A DNA stretch of 64,000 bases from Octopus sinensis. Lineage: Eukaryota. Each line of letters opens with the position of its first letter. Position 1 is the stretch's first letter. The stretch spans positions 55,986,001-56,050,000 of the forward strand of contig NC_042998.1 of assembly GCF_006345805.1 (NCBI RefSeq), read 5' to 3'. Both the position numbers and the translations under genes were made by a program. Below the pieces are notes generated by a model, which was not told the DNA's origin, did no database searches, and worked only from the letters and a program-made list of their open reading frames with translations. This document shows, piece by piece, positions 1 to 12,663 of the stretch.

Positions 1-541
1 AAAAAATAATAAAAAATAGTTCAGAATTACAGAGATGTCAGAATTCCTTGCCTTTGTCATAAGGTATCAAGATTGAGAAAATCAACCAATCTAAATTAAA
101 CCGTTTATTGTGGTCTTTTAGTTCCCAAATTAATTTACTAAGCCTTGTACTGTTACGTTTATTCCTATCCCTAAATGTCAAGTAATGATTAGAAATTCTT
201 CTTGATAACTCTGAAGACGTGCTTCCAATATAAAAATATACTTGATTGTGAGTAGTAATTTTATACTGGTATATAGAATTTTTAAATTTAGAGTTACTTG
301 ACATAAACTTGATTCTGTTGTAATTGACTTCAGACACAACAACCTTGTTATTAATATTTCTAGGGGGATAGATGGTATTAGTTAAATTAATGTTAGTATT
401 AGTAAATGTATTAATATTTAACAGGTTGTTATTATGTGAAGAGATAATTTGTACGAGATTTTTAGTGTTGGAAAAACCAATCCTAACTGTATATGAGTTG
501 ATACCTAGAATTCTTTGGAAAATTCCTAATAATAGCTTCAT
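1..541 (-). mobile_element. Penelope-like retroelement, GIY-YIG endonuclease region (decayed, runs off the window edge)
   Basis: ORF 38..541 contains VRIGFSNTKNLVQIISSHNNNLL, then IYQY...YFYIGST...RRISNHY and LSKLIWELK, as in PLE GIY-YIG domains. The frame continues past the stop as EF*HLCNSE, i.e. a TGA where the C-x-x-C cysteine is expected. Confidence 0.8.
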
Positions 542-574
542 GAAACTGCAATAGAAGATTAGATTTAGATTTCA

Positions 575-608
<34 letters not shown>

Positions 609-989
609 CATCAAATTTCATGCCCTCTAGTTGAGCTCAAGAGAAACTCACTTGATGCAGGCTACATTCCTGATCATTTTCTTTCCCAGTCTGTCATTCC
701 AGTCTTCAAAAAAAGGTAAAAAATCTCTCACAGTGAGCTACCGTCATTACTGTATTTATTTTGAGATGCTCTGTGTTTCTTTCAATTACTTTAAATAGAA
801 CAAAGAATTTAGTAAAATAGCTAACTTATCATTCAGCTAGTGTTAGGAACATAAATTGTGACTAAAGTTTGGTGGAAGATTTTAATTCAAAACTTATGAA
901 AACAAGAAATTTGTACTCAGAGCCAGAGCCAGTTTCAACTAGGATGGTAACGAAAGGGTTAAAGTATTTGTGAGGGTGGTGAGATGGTG

Positions 990-1920
990 AATAACTCACT
1001 TCATTGAAGACAACAATCTGCTGAACCCCAACCAGCATGGTTTCTGTGATGGCAAGGACTGCCTGTTAGAGCTTCTGTACCATTTTGATGACACTTTAAA
1101 AGTGTTGGGTGAAGGCTCCAACACTGACATCATATACCTTGATTTCAGCAAAGCATTTGACAGAGTGGACCACAAAATTCTGCTGAAGAATCTGTCCAAC
1201 ATTGGAGTCTGTGGAAAGCTGCTGCAGTGGGTAAAGTGTTTCCTGATGAACAGAACCCAACATGTAGTGTTTGAGGGAATATGATCCAGCTCAGCCAAAG
1301 TCAGTAGTGGTGTCCCACAAAGTACTGTGTTGGGTCCACTCCTCTTCATTGTCTACATCTATGATATAGTAGATGTCGTCAAACATTCTCCACTGAAAAT
1401 CTTTGCAGATGATTCCAAACTCCAGAAAGTTGTAAACAGTATGGGAGACCAGACAAGCCTTCAGTTGGAGCAGTTTGCTGGTGTCCAATGGTCGGGAAAA
1501 AAAAAACAATATGCTTCTAAATGAAGATAAATTTGATTTGATCCACTTTGGAAAAGAGGGTACTCTAAAATTACCACATGCTCTTCCCTCGGGTGATTTC
1601 CTAGTATCATCCAACAACACCTGAGACCTTGGTGGAATTGTTGATAACAGTCTAAGCTGGAGTTCCTATGCAATCAGCATGGTTGACTTGGCCTGCAAGA
1701 TATGCTCCTGGATTCTGAGAACTTTCCAATCTAGAGATGCCCACACCATCATCCTTCTCTACTCTACTTTTGCCTGACCCCACCTTGAATACTGTTACCC
1801 ACTGTCTCCTCAGATACCATGAGAGGCATTGACTATTGGGGTCAACTAAAAAAGCTCAATCTCTACTCTCTCCAACACCGCCAAGAGCACTACATCATTT
1901 GTGTGATGTGGAAAATTTTC
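990..1920 (+). mobile_element. CR1/L2-like LINE reverse transcriptase fragment, with stops and frameshifts
   Basis: Translations NQHGF, IYLDFSKAFDRVDH, SGVPQSTVLGPLLF, KIFADDSK, and the downstream LNLYSLQHRQEHYII motif (ORFs 1102..1284, 1327..1524). Ends approximate. Confidence 0.85.
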
Positions 1921-2400
1921 CTTTAATAGTGTGTTAAATTATAAGGCACCAAAAGAGAATAATTCTCCCCAGAAACGACAGAATATGCTTCAACACACAA
2001 ATCTTGCAAACCAAATCCAAATCCAAAAACGAAATACATATATATATATTCAACAGGCTTCTTTCAGTTTCCATCTACCAAATCAACTCACAAGGCTTTG
2101 GTCAGCCTAAGACTGTAGGAGAAGACACTTGCTCAAGTTGCCACACAGTGGGACTGAACCAGAAATCATGTGGTTGGGAAGCAAGCTTTTTACCACACAG
2201 CCACTCCTAGAGTATTTGTGTTTTTTATTAATGATGATTATAACATTTTTATATTTAGATTGTTATTCTATTTGTTTCACATATATACACACATATATAT
2301 ACATACATATATACAAGCATACACATACACGCATGTGGAAACACGTAGGTTGGTGGTTTTGGTATTTCACTCGTGATCATAAGATAGTGATTTCATTTCC

Positions 2401-2472
2401 TATGTACATTTATATACATATATATATTATGCACATATATTTATGTGTATATATATATGTATATATATATAT

Positions 2473-2515
<43 letters not shown>

Positions 2516-2750
2516 ATATATATATGTGTGTGTATATATATATGTATATGTGTATATATATATATAATGCATTTATATATATATTTATATATGTTATATA
2601 TATATATATCTCATATATATATATATATCTTATATATATATATATCTCATATATATATATATCTCATATATATATATATTATATATATATATATATCTTA
2701 TATATATATATATCTCATATATATATATATATATCTCATATATATATATA

Positions 2751-2806
<56 letters not shown>

Positions 2807-2815
2807 TATATATAT
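2401..2815. repeat. (TA)n / (TATG)n compound microsatellite
   Basis: Read directly. Similar long tracts at about 5505-5915, 6411-6602, 25930-26370, 28413-28755, 52680-52975, 61020-61475, 61915-62185 and 63210-63560. Confidence 0.95.
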
Positions 2816-2817
2816 TA

Positions 2818-4295
2818 TCATCGTCGTTTAAAGTCCGCTTTCCATGCTAGCATGGGTTGGACAATTTGACAAGGGGCTGGCGAACCAGTTGGCTGCACCA
2901 GGTTCCAATCTTGATCTGGCAGAGTTTCTACAGCTGGATGCCCTTCCTAACGCCAACCACTCCGAGAGTTTAGTGGGTGCTTTTACGTGCCACCAGCACA
3001 GGGGCCAGTCAGGCGGTACTGGCAACAACCTCTCTCGAATCTTTTTATACATGCCACCAGCACAAGGACCAGTATGGTTATGCTGGTAATGATCACGCTC
3101 AAATGGTGCCTTTTACTTGCCACCAGCATGGAAGCCAGTTAGCCGCTCTGGCAATGATCATGCTCAGATGGTGCTCCTAGCACCCTACTAGCACGAGGCT
3201 CAAGTGCCAGTAAGGCGACACTGGTAACGGTCACACTTGAATGGTGCCTTTTAAGTGCCACTGGCATAGAAGCCGGTTAGCTGCTCTGTCAAAGATCACA
3301 CTAGTATGGTGCTCTTTGCACCCCACTAGCACGGATGCCAGTCATCGAATTTGATTTTGATTTGGATTTGGATTTCACTTGCCTCAACAGGTCTTTGCAA
3401 GCAGAGTTTAGTGTCCAGAGAAGGAAAAGGTACACATAAGTGGGATGTCATAGGCCACAAGGTTATGGTCTCATTTGGCTACCCGGGTCTTCTCAAGCAC
3501 AGCATATTTCCAAAAGTCTCGGTCACTGGTCATTTCCTTGGTGAGGCCTAAAGTTCAAAGGTCGTGCTTCACCACTTCATTCCATGTCTTCCTGGCTCTA
3601 CCTCTTCCACAGGTTCCCTCAACCGCTAGGGTGTTGCACTTTTTCACACAGCTATCCTCATCCATTCTCGCCACATGACCATACCAGCACAGTCATCTCT
3701 CACGCACACCACATCTGATGCTTCTAAGGTCCAACTTTTCTCTCAAGGTACTTACTCTGTCGAGTATGCACACTGACATTACACATCCATCGGATCATAC
3801 TGGCTTCATTCCTTGTGAGCTTACGCATGTCCTCATCAGTCACAACCCATGTTTCACTGCATGTAGCATGTCTGTTCGTACACATGTGTCATATAGTTTA
3901 CTTTTTCCTCTGAGCGAAAAGCCCTTTGTCACCAGCAGAAGTAAGAGCTCTCTGAACTTTACCCAAGCTGTTCTTATTCTAGCAGCTACACTTTTAGTGC
4001 ACCCTACCCCGCTACTGACTAGGTCACCTAGGTAACGGAAGCTATCAACTACTTCTAGTTTTTCTCCCTGGAATGTGGCGGAAGTTGTTCTCTGCATATT
4101 TTCGATGTTTATTGCTCTCAAGCATCTGCCACATACAAAAACTATCTTCCCAGTTAGCCTTCCTTTGATATTACTGCACCTCTTATGTGTCCATAGCTTA
4201 CACTGGGTACATCTTATAGAATTTCTACCTACGCCTCTACTACAGATCGAGCAGGACCATCTACCTGAAGGGATTTGTAGTTTGCCTGCCTTCCT
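2818..4295 (-). mobile_element. RTE-clade LINE, 5'-truncated 3' fragment with 3' UTR tail
   Basis: ORF 3840..4121 (GEKLEVVDSFRYLGD...ARIRTAWVKFRELL) matches the other RTE copies. It runs into the CATGCTAGCATGGAAAGCGGAC...(GAT)n tail. Confidence 0.85.
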
Positions 4296-4318
4296 ACATA
4301 TGTATGTATTATATATAA

Positions 4319-4988
4319 CTAGCAGTACAGCCCAGCTTTTCTCAGGATTAAGTTAGTATTATTAAGCTAATCAAGCACTTTATTTCAAAGCAAACTATGT
4401 AACATTGACGTCAAATTTGTGTGAAATCTGTTGAAATTGGTAAACTTTTGGCTGAAATTTTGCATACAATTTGATTGGGAAATCTCATAAGGAATAGGTT
4501 TATAGATTTTTTCCACTCATCGATTGTTTTTCTTTTTGTTTTTGGAGAACTTAAAGCACTCAAAGATCCCATGAGTCATAAGTAATTCTGGCATCAAGTT
4601 TGAACAAAATACATCAAAATTGGTTCACGTTATAGTTGAAAAGATTCAGATCTCTCCTTTCGAAAACATGGACAGCTTTAAAACATTGTTTACAAAATGC
4701 AAATTTGTAAACACCTCGATATAAGTTTTGTAAGTGGAATAAAGAGGACTACCTTCTCCCACAGAGATGTGAGAGTCAGATCTCTCCTTTTGAAAACATG
4801 AACAGTTTTGAAACATTGTTTTCGTTTGTGAAGGAGCGTGTCTACAGTCAACACGTAGGTCTTTTGCTCTGGTAACTTCTGCTCTCTCCCATGTTTACGC
4901 ACGACCAGCTATATATCGCTATGAGTAGAGCAACAGATTCAGCTAATTTGGAAATTAGTTGTGGAGAAAAGGAGAATATCGTTTATAT

Positions 4989-5019
<31 letters not shown>

Positions 5020-5175
5020 GGGCAACACACACACATTGCATACATGCATTTTGTACACATACATGCTAGTGTGTGTGACTGAAGCCATTCACACATACAT
5101 GCATACATACATAACACCTGTCTGTCTGTTCTTGCCTGTCAATCACTCAGTAAAAAGATGAAATTTTAAAAATCT

Positions 5176-5239
<64 letters not shown>

Positions 5240-5503
5240 TCTCCCTCTTTACACCATCGCTAGAAGAGGACTTAACTCATGTTCGTAAAAATGGTGGATT
5301 TCTCCACAGTGAAAATTGGTCGGAAATTTATTTTTACTGCTATTTGCTGGTGCCTCAGGAAAATAATTTGACGAAAATATAGCTAGGATCATGACGAATG
5401 TCCTCCTAAAATTGGAGCAACATGCGTGCTAATTTGTGGACGTGCATAAATTACATTCACGTACACACACACACACACTCACTGCCTTTTATATATATAC
5501 AGA
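4319..5503 (-). mobile_element. Non-autonomous Helitron
   Basis: On the minus strand it begins 5'-TC(TGTATATATATAAAAGG) at 5503 after an A, and ends with a degenerate GC hairpin and CTAG at 4322-4319 before a T (A/T insertion site). Confidence 0.6.
4880..4985 (+). pseudogene. Helitron/PIF1 helicase motif VI fragment
   Basis: PMFTHDQLYIAMSRATDSANLEI resembles the PIF1 motif P.FSHGQLYVALSRV and the copy at 29294-29590. Confidence 0.7.
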
Positions 5504-6115
5504 TATATATTACATATGTATGTATTATATATAATATATAAATTAAATATGTATATATATTATAATATATATTATATATATACATATATATATATATTAT
5601 CATATATATATCATATATATTATATTATATGTATATTAAATATGTATGTATATTATATTATAATATATATTACAGAATATATATATGTATATCATATATA
5701 TATCTATATATTATACTATATATAATATTATACATACATATACATATATACATATATATTATATATATATATTAATATATATATATTATATAGATATATA
5801 TATATATATCATATATATTATACTATATATAATATGTATATATATACATATATATATACATATATAATAATATATATATATATTATATATATATTATATA
5901 TATATATAAATAACTATATAAAGCATTATTGCTGCTAAAAATAGTAATAATGAGGCAGTTAGCAAGACTTCTACGTTAATAGTTATAATATTAAATATCT
6001 GAATACAAGAAGGATAAAAATACTGCTTTCCAAAGATAAAAGCAAAAGCTTCAAAAACCATCAAAGATGTAAACTATCTTCAAATTCAGGATGGAATTTG
6101 AAGATAGTTTACATG

Positions 6116-6178
6116 CCCCAGTATCAATTGATTTCATGCTGTGCATAAGAAAACATGCTTTGCAATCCTCAGTTGGAG
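6116..6178 (-). ncRNA. Type I hammerhead ribozyme motif, family A (left arm)
   Basis: CTCCAA-CTGAGGA-T-TGC..GCATG..TATGC..GCA-T-GAAA-TCAATTGA-T-A-CTGGGG. Stem III is the palindrome ATCAATTGAT, the triplet is AUA, and stem I has one mismatch. Confidence 0.7.
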
Positions 6179-6189
6179 ATACTAACTCT

Positions 6190-6252
6190 CTCCAACTGAA
6201 GATTGCATAGCATGTGTTCTCATGCACAGCATGAAATCAATTGATATTGATG
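6190..6252 (+). ncRNA. Type I hammerhead ribozyme motif, family A (right arm)
   Basis: CTCCAA-CTGAAGA(6196-6202)-T-TGC-ATA-GCATG-TGTTCT-CATGC-ACA-GCA-T-GAAA(6233-6236)-TCAATTGA-T-A-TTGATG. Stem I has 3 bp then a mismatch. Confidence 0.7.
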
Positions 6253-6419
6253 TATGTAAACTATCTTCAAATTCCATCCTGAAGGTAGGCCTATTTTTTG
6301 AAGTGTTCATTGCATTGCTCATGTGTCTATTTATCATAGGATTGGTGCTTTTTAAGTTTTCGCTTTCATCTTAAGCAAGCGGTATTTTTATCCTTCTTTT
6401 ATTCACATTATATATGTAT

Positions 6420-6464
<45 letters not shown>

Positions 6465-6602
6465 ATAATATATGTGTGTGTGTGTGTATATATATATATG
6501 TATATATACATATATATATGTGTATATATATGTATATATGTATATATGTATATATATATAAATGTATATATATATGTATATGTATATATATATATATGTA
6601 TA

Positions 6603-8980
6603 TGCTGAATAAAGAAAATGAATGGGATAAAGAGAGTCTGCCGAATGTTGACCCAACAGAGGGACCAGCTATCCGAGTTGATAGTTCCGTGGTAGCTAAG
6701 GCAATTAGAAGCATGAAGACAGGGAAAGCCCCAGGCCCATCAGGAATTACTGCAGAGATGCTCAAAATATCTGGCAGTGTCGGCTATAACCTAGTCACCC
6801 GTATAGTCAACCAGGTGATACACGAAGGAGTCATACCCAATGACTGGTGCAGCAGCATACTAGTCAACTGCTACAAAGGTAAAGGTGATGCCCTAGATAC
6901 AAATAATTACAGAGGTATCAAGCTGTTGGATCACGTAATGAAGGTTACAGAGAGGGTCATAGCCCAACTAATTAAGAGAGGTGTTAGTTTAGATGAGATG
7001 CAGTTTGGGTTCGTGCCAGGGAAAAGTACCACTGATGCTATATTCCTGGTAAGGCAGCTGCAGGAGAAATACCTAGCCAAAGATAAGCCCCTGTACCTGG
7101 CTTTCGTTGACATGGAGAAAGCTTTTGATAGGGTCCCCCGATCCCTTATCTGGTGGTCAATGAGGAAACTAGGGATAGATGAATGGCTGGTGAGGACTGT
7201 GCAAGCCATGTACAGAGATGCCGTAAGTAAGGTTAGGGTTGGCAACATGTACACAGAAGAATTCAAAGTAGAGTTGGGGTCCACCAGGGTTCAGTACTCA
7301 GCCCCCTCCTATTTATCATAGTACTCCAGGCAATTACGGAGGAATTCAAGACAGGCTGTCCCTGGGAGCTCCTCTACGCTGACGTGACGACCTTGTTCTT
7401 ATTGCTGAGTCACTATCAGAACTGGAGGAGAAGTTCCAGGTGTGGAAGGAGGGTTTAGAATCAAGGGGCCTTAGAGTCAACCTAGCTAAAACCAAAGTAC
7501 TAATAAGTAGGAAGGTAGACAATCCACAAATGTCTTCAGGAAGATGGCCTGCTCGATCTGTAGAAAAGGTGTAGGTAGAACTCTATAAGATGTACCCAGT
7601 GTAAGCTATGGACACATAAGTGGTGCAGCAATGTCAAAGGTAGGCTAACTGGGAAGATAGTTTTTGTATGTGGCAGATGCTCGGGAGCATTAACCTCCGA
7701 AAATCTGCAGAAAACAACTTCCGTCACTTTCCAGGGGGAAAAACTAGAAGTAGTTGATAGCTTCCGTTATCTAGGTGACCAAGTCAGTAGTGGGGGTGGG
7801 TGCGCTGAAAGTGTAACTGCTAGAATAAAATAGCCTGGGCAAAGTTTAGGGAGCTCTTACCTCTGCTGGTGACTAAAGGCCTCTCGCTCAGAGTAAAAGG
7901 CAGACTGTATGATGCGTGTGTACGAACAGCCATGCTACATGGCAGCGAAACATGGGCCGTGACTGCTGAGGACATGCGTAAGCTCGTGAGGAATGAAGCC
8001 AGTATGCTCCGATGGATGTGTAATGTCAGTGTACATACTCGACAGAGCGTTAGCACCTTGAGAGAAATGTTGTACCTAAGAAGCATCAGTTGTGGTGTGC
8101 AAGAGAGACGATTGCGCTGGTATGGTCATGTGGTGAGAATGGATGAAGATATGTGTGTGAGAAAGTGCCAATCCCTAGCAGTTGAGGGAACCCGTGGAAG
8201 AGGTAGACCCAGGAAAACCTGGGACGAGGTGGTGAAGCACGACCTTTGAACTTTAGGCCTCACTGAGGAAATGACCAGCGACCGAGACCTTTGGAAATAT
8301 TCTGTACGTGAGAAGACCAGGCAGGACAAGTGAGCCCAGCCCACTTATGAATGCCTTTCCTCCCTTGGACACAACAAAGACCTGTTGAGGCAAGCGAAGT
8401 CGATATAGAACCTCATCTGACGACAGACACCGATGCCAACCCCCCCTGCTTGCGAAGACATGTTGGGGCAAGCGAAATCGAAACCGAATTGAACCAGCCA
8501 GGATCCCTGGTCTGGTGGTACGTAAAAAGCACTATCCGACTCGTGGCCGTAGCACGTAAAATACTCCAATGCGACCGTACGACAGGCACCCATGCCAACC
8601 CCCTTTGCTTGTGAAGACATGTTGGGGCAAGCGAAATCGAAATCGAATTGAACCAGCCAGGATCCCTAGTCTGGTGGTACGTAAAAAGCACTATCCGACT
8701 CGTGGCCGATGCCAGCACCGCCTCGACTGGCTTCCGTGCCGGTGGCACATAAAATACACCAATCCGACCGTGGCCGTTGCCAGCCTCGCCTGGCACCTGT
8801 GCAGGTGGCACGTAAAAAGCACCCACTACACTCACGGAGTGGTTGGCGTTAGGAAGGGCATCCAGCTGTAGAAACACTGCCAGATTAGACTGGAGCCTGG
8901 TGCAGCCTTCTGGCTTCCCAGAACCCCGGTCGAACCGTCCAACCCATGCTATCATGGAGAAGGGACGTTAAACGATGAAA
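6603..8980 (+). mobile_element. RTE-clade LINE, 5'-truncated, frameshifted RT plus 3' UTR
   Basis: ORFs 6476..7321 ([34 protein letters not shown]) and 7869..8249 (RRLRWYGHVVRM, RGRGRPRKTW). Frame breaks near 7270 and 7383. Confidence 0.92.
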
Positions 8981-8999
8981 AAAAAAAAAAATATAGCTG

Positions 9000-9730
9000 A
9001 CATACCTAGTAATTCCCAGGAAAGCAGGGCTTATCCTTTGGTTCTGTTCTCATATTTGTTTCACTAATCCAATAACAACAATCCAAAGTATGTAGCCCTT
9101 AAAACGGTTTTTGTGCTTTTATAGAGAATACCAAACTGTCTTACAAAGGATCTTATTTTTAGGAATTCCCAATAAATTATGAATACCCAAATTGTGAAGT
9201 CAGTTATGTAATAACATGAAATTAGTTACCCGATAGTAAGAATTCAAATAAAGTAGCCCCGAAGTGCGCTTTAATGCATTCCCGGTGTATATAGAACATA
9301 GGAGGAAATACTAATAAGGTATGTATACTAAAATCGTGAAGCATGTTACGTAATAACAGGCTAATCAGATATGAGATAATAACAACTCGAAGTAAATAAC
9401 TCTGAAAAGGATTTTTGTGCATTTCCAGAGAATGTTAACCTCAGGAGCGCTAGTATTGGTATATTTCTGAATAAGTCACTAACCGAAATAAGTAGATATA
9501 TATATATTGATAGAAATAGCAAGACAACAAAAGAATGACAGAGATCTCAATATTATGTAAATAGAGGAATTTATCTGTAAATGTAATATGTGACAATTAT
9601 TCGGTAGCCATGATAAAACTCTGAGTTTCGGATGTCGGGGTGGAAATCCACACCGCCATCTCTTCAGTTATCCGGCCATCGGAAAAAATGCTATGAAAAT
9701 GACCGTTAAACAAAGGGAAATTACTGTGTG
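9000..9730 (-). mobile_element. Probable Penelope-like pLTR/5' fragment carrying a hammerhead
   Basis: Contains the ribozyme motif at 9601-9680. 9506-9625 is homologous to 61476-61593. No recognisable protein, so the assignment rests on the ribozyme type. Confidence 0.5.
9601..9680 (-). ncRNA. Type I hammerhead ribozyme motif, family B
   Basis: GATAA-CTGAAGA(9667-9661)-GATG-GCGGTGTGGATTTCCACCCCGA-CATC-C-GAAA(9629-9626)-CTC-A-GAG-T-T-TTATC. Stem I is GATAA/TTATC, extended by GGCC/GGCT across a bulge. Triplet GUU; predicted cut between 9617 and 9616. Confidence 0.78.
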
Positions 9731-10476
9731 ATTGACCATTATTAAAACAAAAGGGCTATTTGAATGACTGCTAAGTGAGGGGAGGGAGTAAAAGTAAGGG
9801 GGTAAAAATGTTCATAGTATTCACGTAAGCGCACATGTCCATACCTACACATGCGCGCCCGCACACCCACATACATGCGCTTATAAGTATACACTAACTC
9901 ATCCACCATCACTTGAAACACACACATTGTCACCCACACCATTCGCCAAAAAAATATATATATATACAATCTCACACATGTGCACCAAAAAGGTTCATAC
10001 ACATGTTTATATATGTACATGCTCAAGAAAAAACAGGGCTAAGGGCAACAATACAGAAAAAAGTGTAAAGAAGTATAAAAAAATAAGTAATAAGAGTAAA
10101 AACATCTATATATGCACATACCCGTGTGCAAGCACACACACACGTCTATATACCTGCATACATCTATATACGCACACACACGCACGCACAAAAAATTCAT
10201 ATGCATGTCTATATACATACATGCACAAGAAAAAACAGGGCTAAAGGCAAAATACAGGAAAATGTGTAAAGAAAAGCCAGTGAGTAAAACATGTCTATAT
10301 ATGCACATACTCACATGCATAAAAACACACACATGTATATACGCACATACCTGCACACAAAATTTTAATTGGCATCTTCCAATTATAAAAATAAAAATAT
10401 AAAAGATATATTTTGACCAAATAATAATTTTATAACTTCACATATAATTTCAAATATAATTTTATTTTATATTATT

Positions 10477-11101
10477 TAAGTCTATGAACTATATTTGGAT
10501 AACAGGACAATATAATGGATTTTATACATAATTATTATGGATTGCTACAGAAGAATTACCAAGGAAGCATATATGAATTTCAAGATTCTCATACTAAAGT
10601 GTACTTGCCAAAATCAAAAGTAGTAATTTTTAATATATATTTCAAACAAACACTATTTTCCCATATTACTTCATAGTTATTTTTAAAAAGCTACCATTCA
10701 CTAAATTATATAAGTTTCACATTTGATATTTCTGAAGAGAAGAAGAGTTATCTATAAATCCTTATCAATATAGGATTCCATTATTCTATGTTATCTAAGT
10801 CTATGAACTATATTTGGAATACAAGACAATATAATGGATTTTACACATAACTATTATGGATTATTACAGAAGACTAACCAAGGAAGTATATATGGATTTA
10901 AAAACTCTCATACTAAAATGTACTTACCAAAATCAAAAGTAGTAATTTTTAATTTTTAATTTATATTTCAAACAAACACCATTTTATAGTATTACTTCAT
11001 ATTTTTAAAACACTACCATTCGATATATTATACAAAATTCAAATTTTATATTTCTGAAAAGCAGAAGAGTTGTCTATAAATGCTTATCAATATAGGATTC
11101 C
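10477..11101 (+). repeat. Diverged tandem duplication, period about 319 bp
   Basis: TAAGTCTATGAACTATATTTGG starts at 10477 and 10796. The units are colinear to TAGGATTCC at 10779 and 11101. Confidence 0.92.
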
Positions 11102-11337
11102 CTTATAGGGACAGCACTTCTGTGAAACATTTGTAAGATCCTTTAAAAACTTAATTCAAAACTTTTAAACTGTCATATACATTATATATTTATACTTATA
11201 CATATTTACATATATTTATATATATTTAAATTTTTAATACAACAATTATTTTACACATGTATATATCTATCTGATAAATTTTCTAATATTGATTTCATGA
11301 TATTAAGAATAATATATCATAAAATATATATAAACAT

Positions 11338-11368
<31 letters not shown>

Positions 11369-11499
11369 CATATATACATATATACATACATAAGTAGATA
11401 TATATATATATATGTAGATATATATATATACGCAGTGGGACTGAACCCAGAACCATGTGGTTGGTAAGCAAGCTACTTACCACACAGCCACTCCTGTGC

Positions 11500-11538
<39 letters not shown>

Positions 11539-11920
11539 TATACATTTATATATAGATATGTGTTCTTTTATTCATTTCAGCCATGCTGCTGCAGTTATGG
11601 TGGAACACCATGTATATATAAATATAAAAAAATTTTTTTGTGCCGGTGGCACATAAAAAGCACCCACTACACTCACAGAGTGGTTGGCGTTAGGAAGGGC
11701 ATCCAGCCGTAGAAACATTGCCAGATCAGACTGGGCCTGGTGTAGCCTTCTGGCTTCCCAGACCCCAGTTGAACCGTCCAACCCATGCTAGCATGGAAAG
11801 CGGACACTAAACGATGATGATGATGATGATGATGATATATATATATATATATATATATATGGGGAGATACTTTGAGGGCGGTTGCTATGGCATTGAGGCA
11901 GACACGGCCACCCCTATTGG

Positions 11921-12501
11921 TGGGGCCAAAACCCAAATCTAAATGATGTATGAATGATATGTATCTATACATTATATATGAGATATATATATATGTGTGT
12001 GTGTATATATACTATGTGTATATGTATATATATACTATGTATATCATCATCATCATCATCATCATCATTTAACGATGATGATGTGCTGTGGGCACGTAAC
12101 AAGCACCATCCGATCGTGGCCGTTTGCCAGCCTCATCTGGCACCTGTGTCGGTGGCACATAAAAACACCATCCGAGCGTCGCCGTCTGCCAGCCTCGTCT
12201 GGCACCTGTGTCGGTGGCACATAAAAACACCATCCGAGCGTGGCCGTCTGCCAGCCTCGTCTGGCACCTGTGTCGGTGGCACATAAAAAGCACCATCCGA
12301 GCGTGGCCGTTTGCCAGCCTCGTCTGGCACCTGTGTCGGTGGCACATAAAATCACCCACTACACTCTCGGAGTGGTTGGCGTTAGGAAGGGCATCCAGCT
12401 GTAGAAACACTGCCAGATCTGACTGGACTGGTGCAGCTTTCGGGCTCCCCAGACCCCAGTTGAACCGTCCAACCCATGCTAGCATGGAAAGCGGACGTTA
12501 A

Positions 12502-12539
<38 letters not shown>

Positions 12540-12663
12540 ATACATAGTATATATATACATATACACATAGTATATATACACACACACACATATATATATA
12601 TATCATATATAATGTATAGATACATATCATTCATACATCATTTAGATTTGGGTTTTGGCCCCA
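11921..12663. repeat. Near-identical inverted repeat (11921-12074 / 12496-12663) flanking an RTE-tail element with four 62-63 bp tandem units
   Basis: TGGGGCCAAAACCCAAATCTAAATGATG...CATTTAACG recurs as its reverse complement. CACCATCCGA recurs at 12166, 12228 and 12291. Confidence 0.9.

Larger units (their letters stand above)
6001..6404. repeat. Fold-back palindrome (inverted PLE pLTR-like segment) with a nested 21-bp hairpin
   Basis: 6087-6179 pairs with 6189-6281, and 6001-6060 pairs with 6343-6404. ATGTAAACTATCTTCAAATTC-AGGATG-GAATTTGAAGATAGTTTACAT is at 6067-6114. Confidence 0.9.

Noticed and set aside
12105-12355. Regular 62-63 bp repeats as a CRISPR array
   Set aside because: The units are contiguous with no unique spacers, sit inside a retroelement tail, and no cas genes are present; the DNA is eukaryotic.
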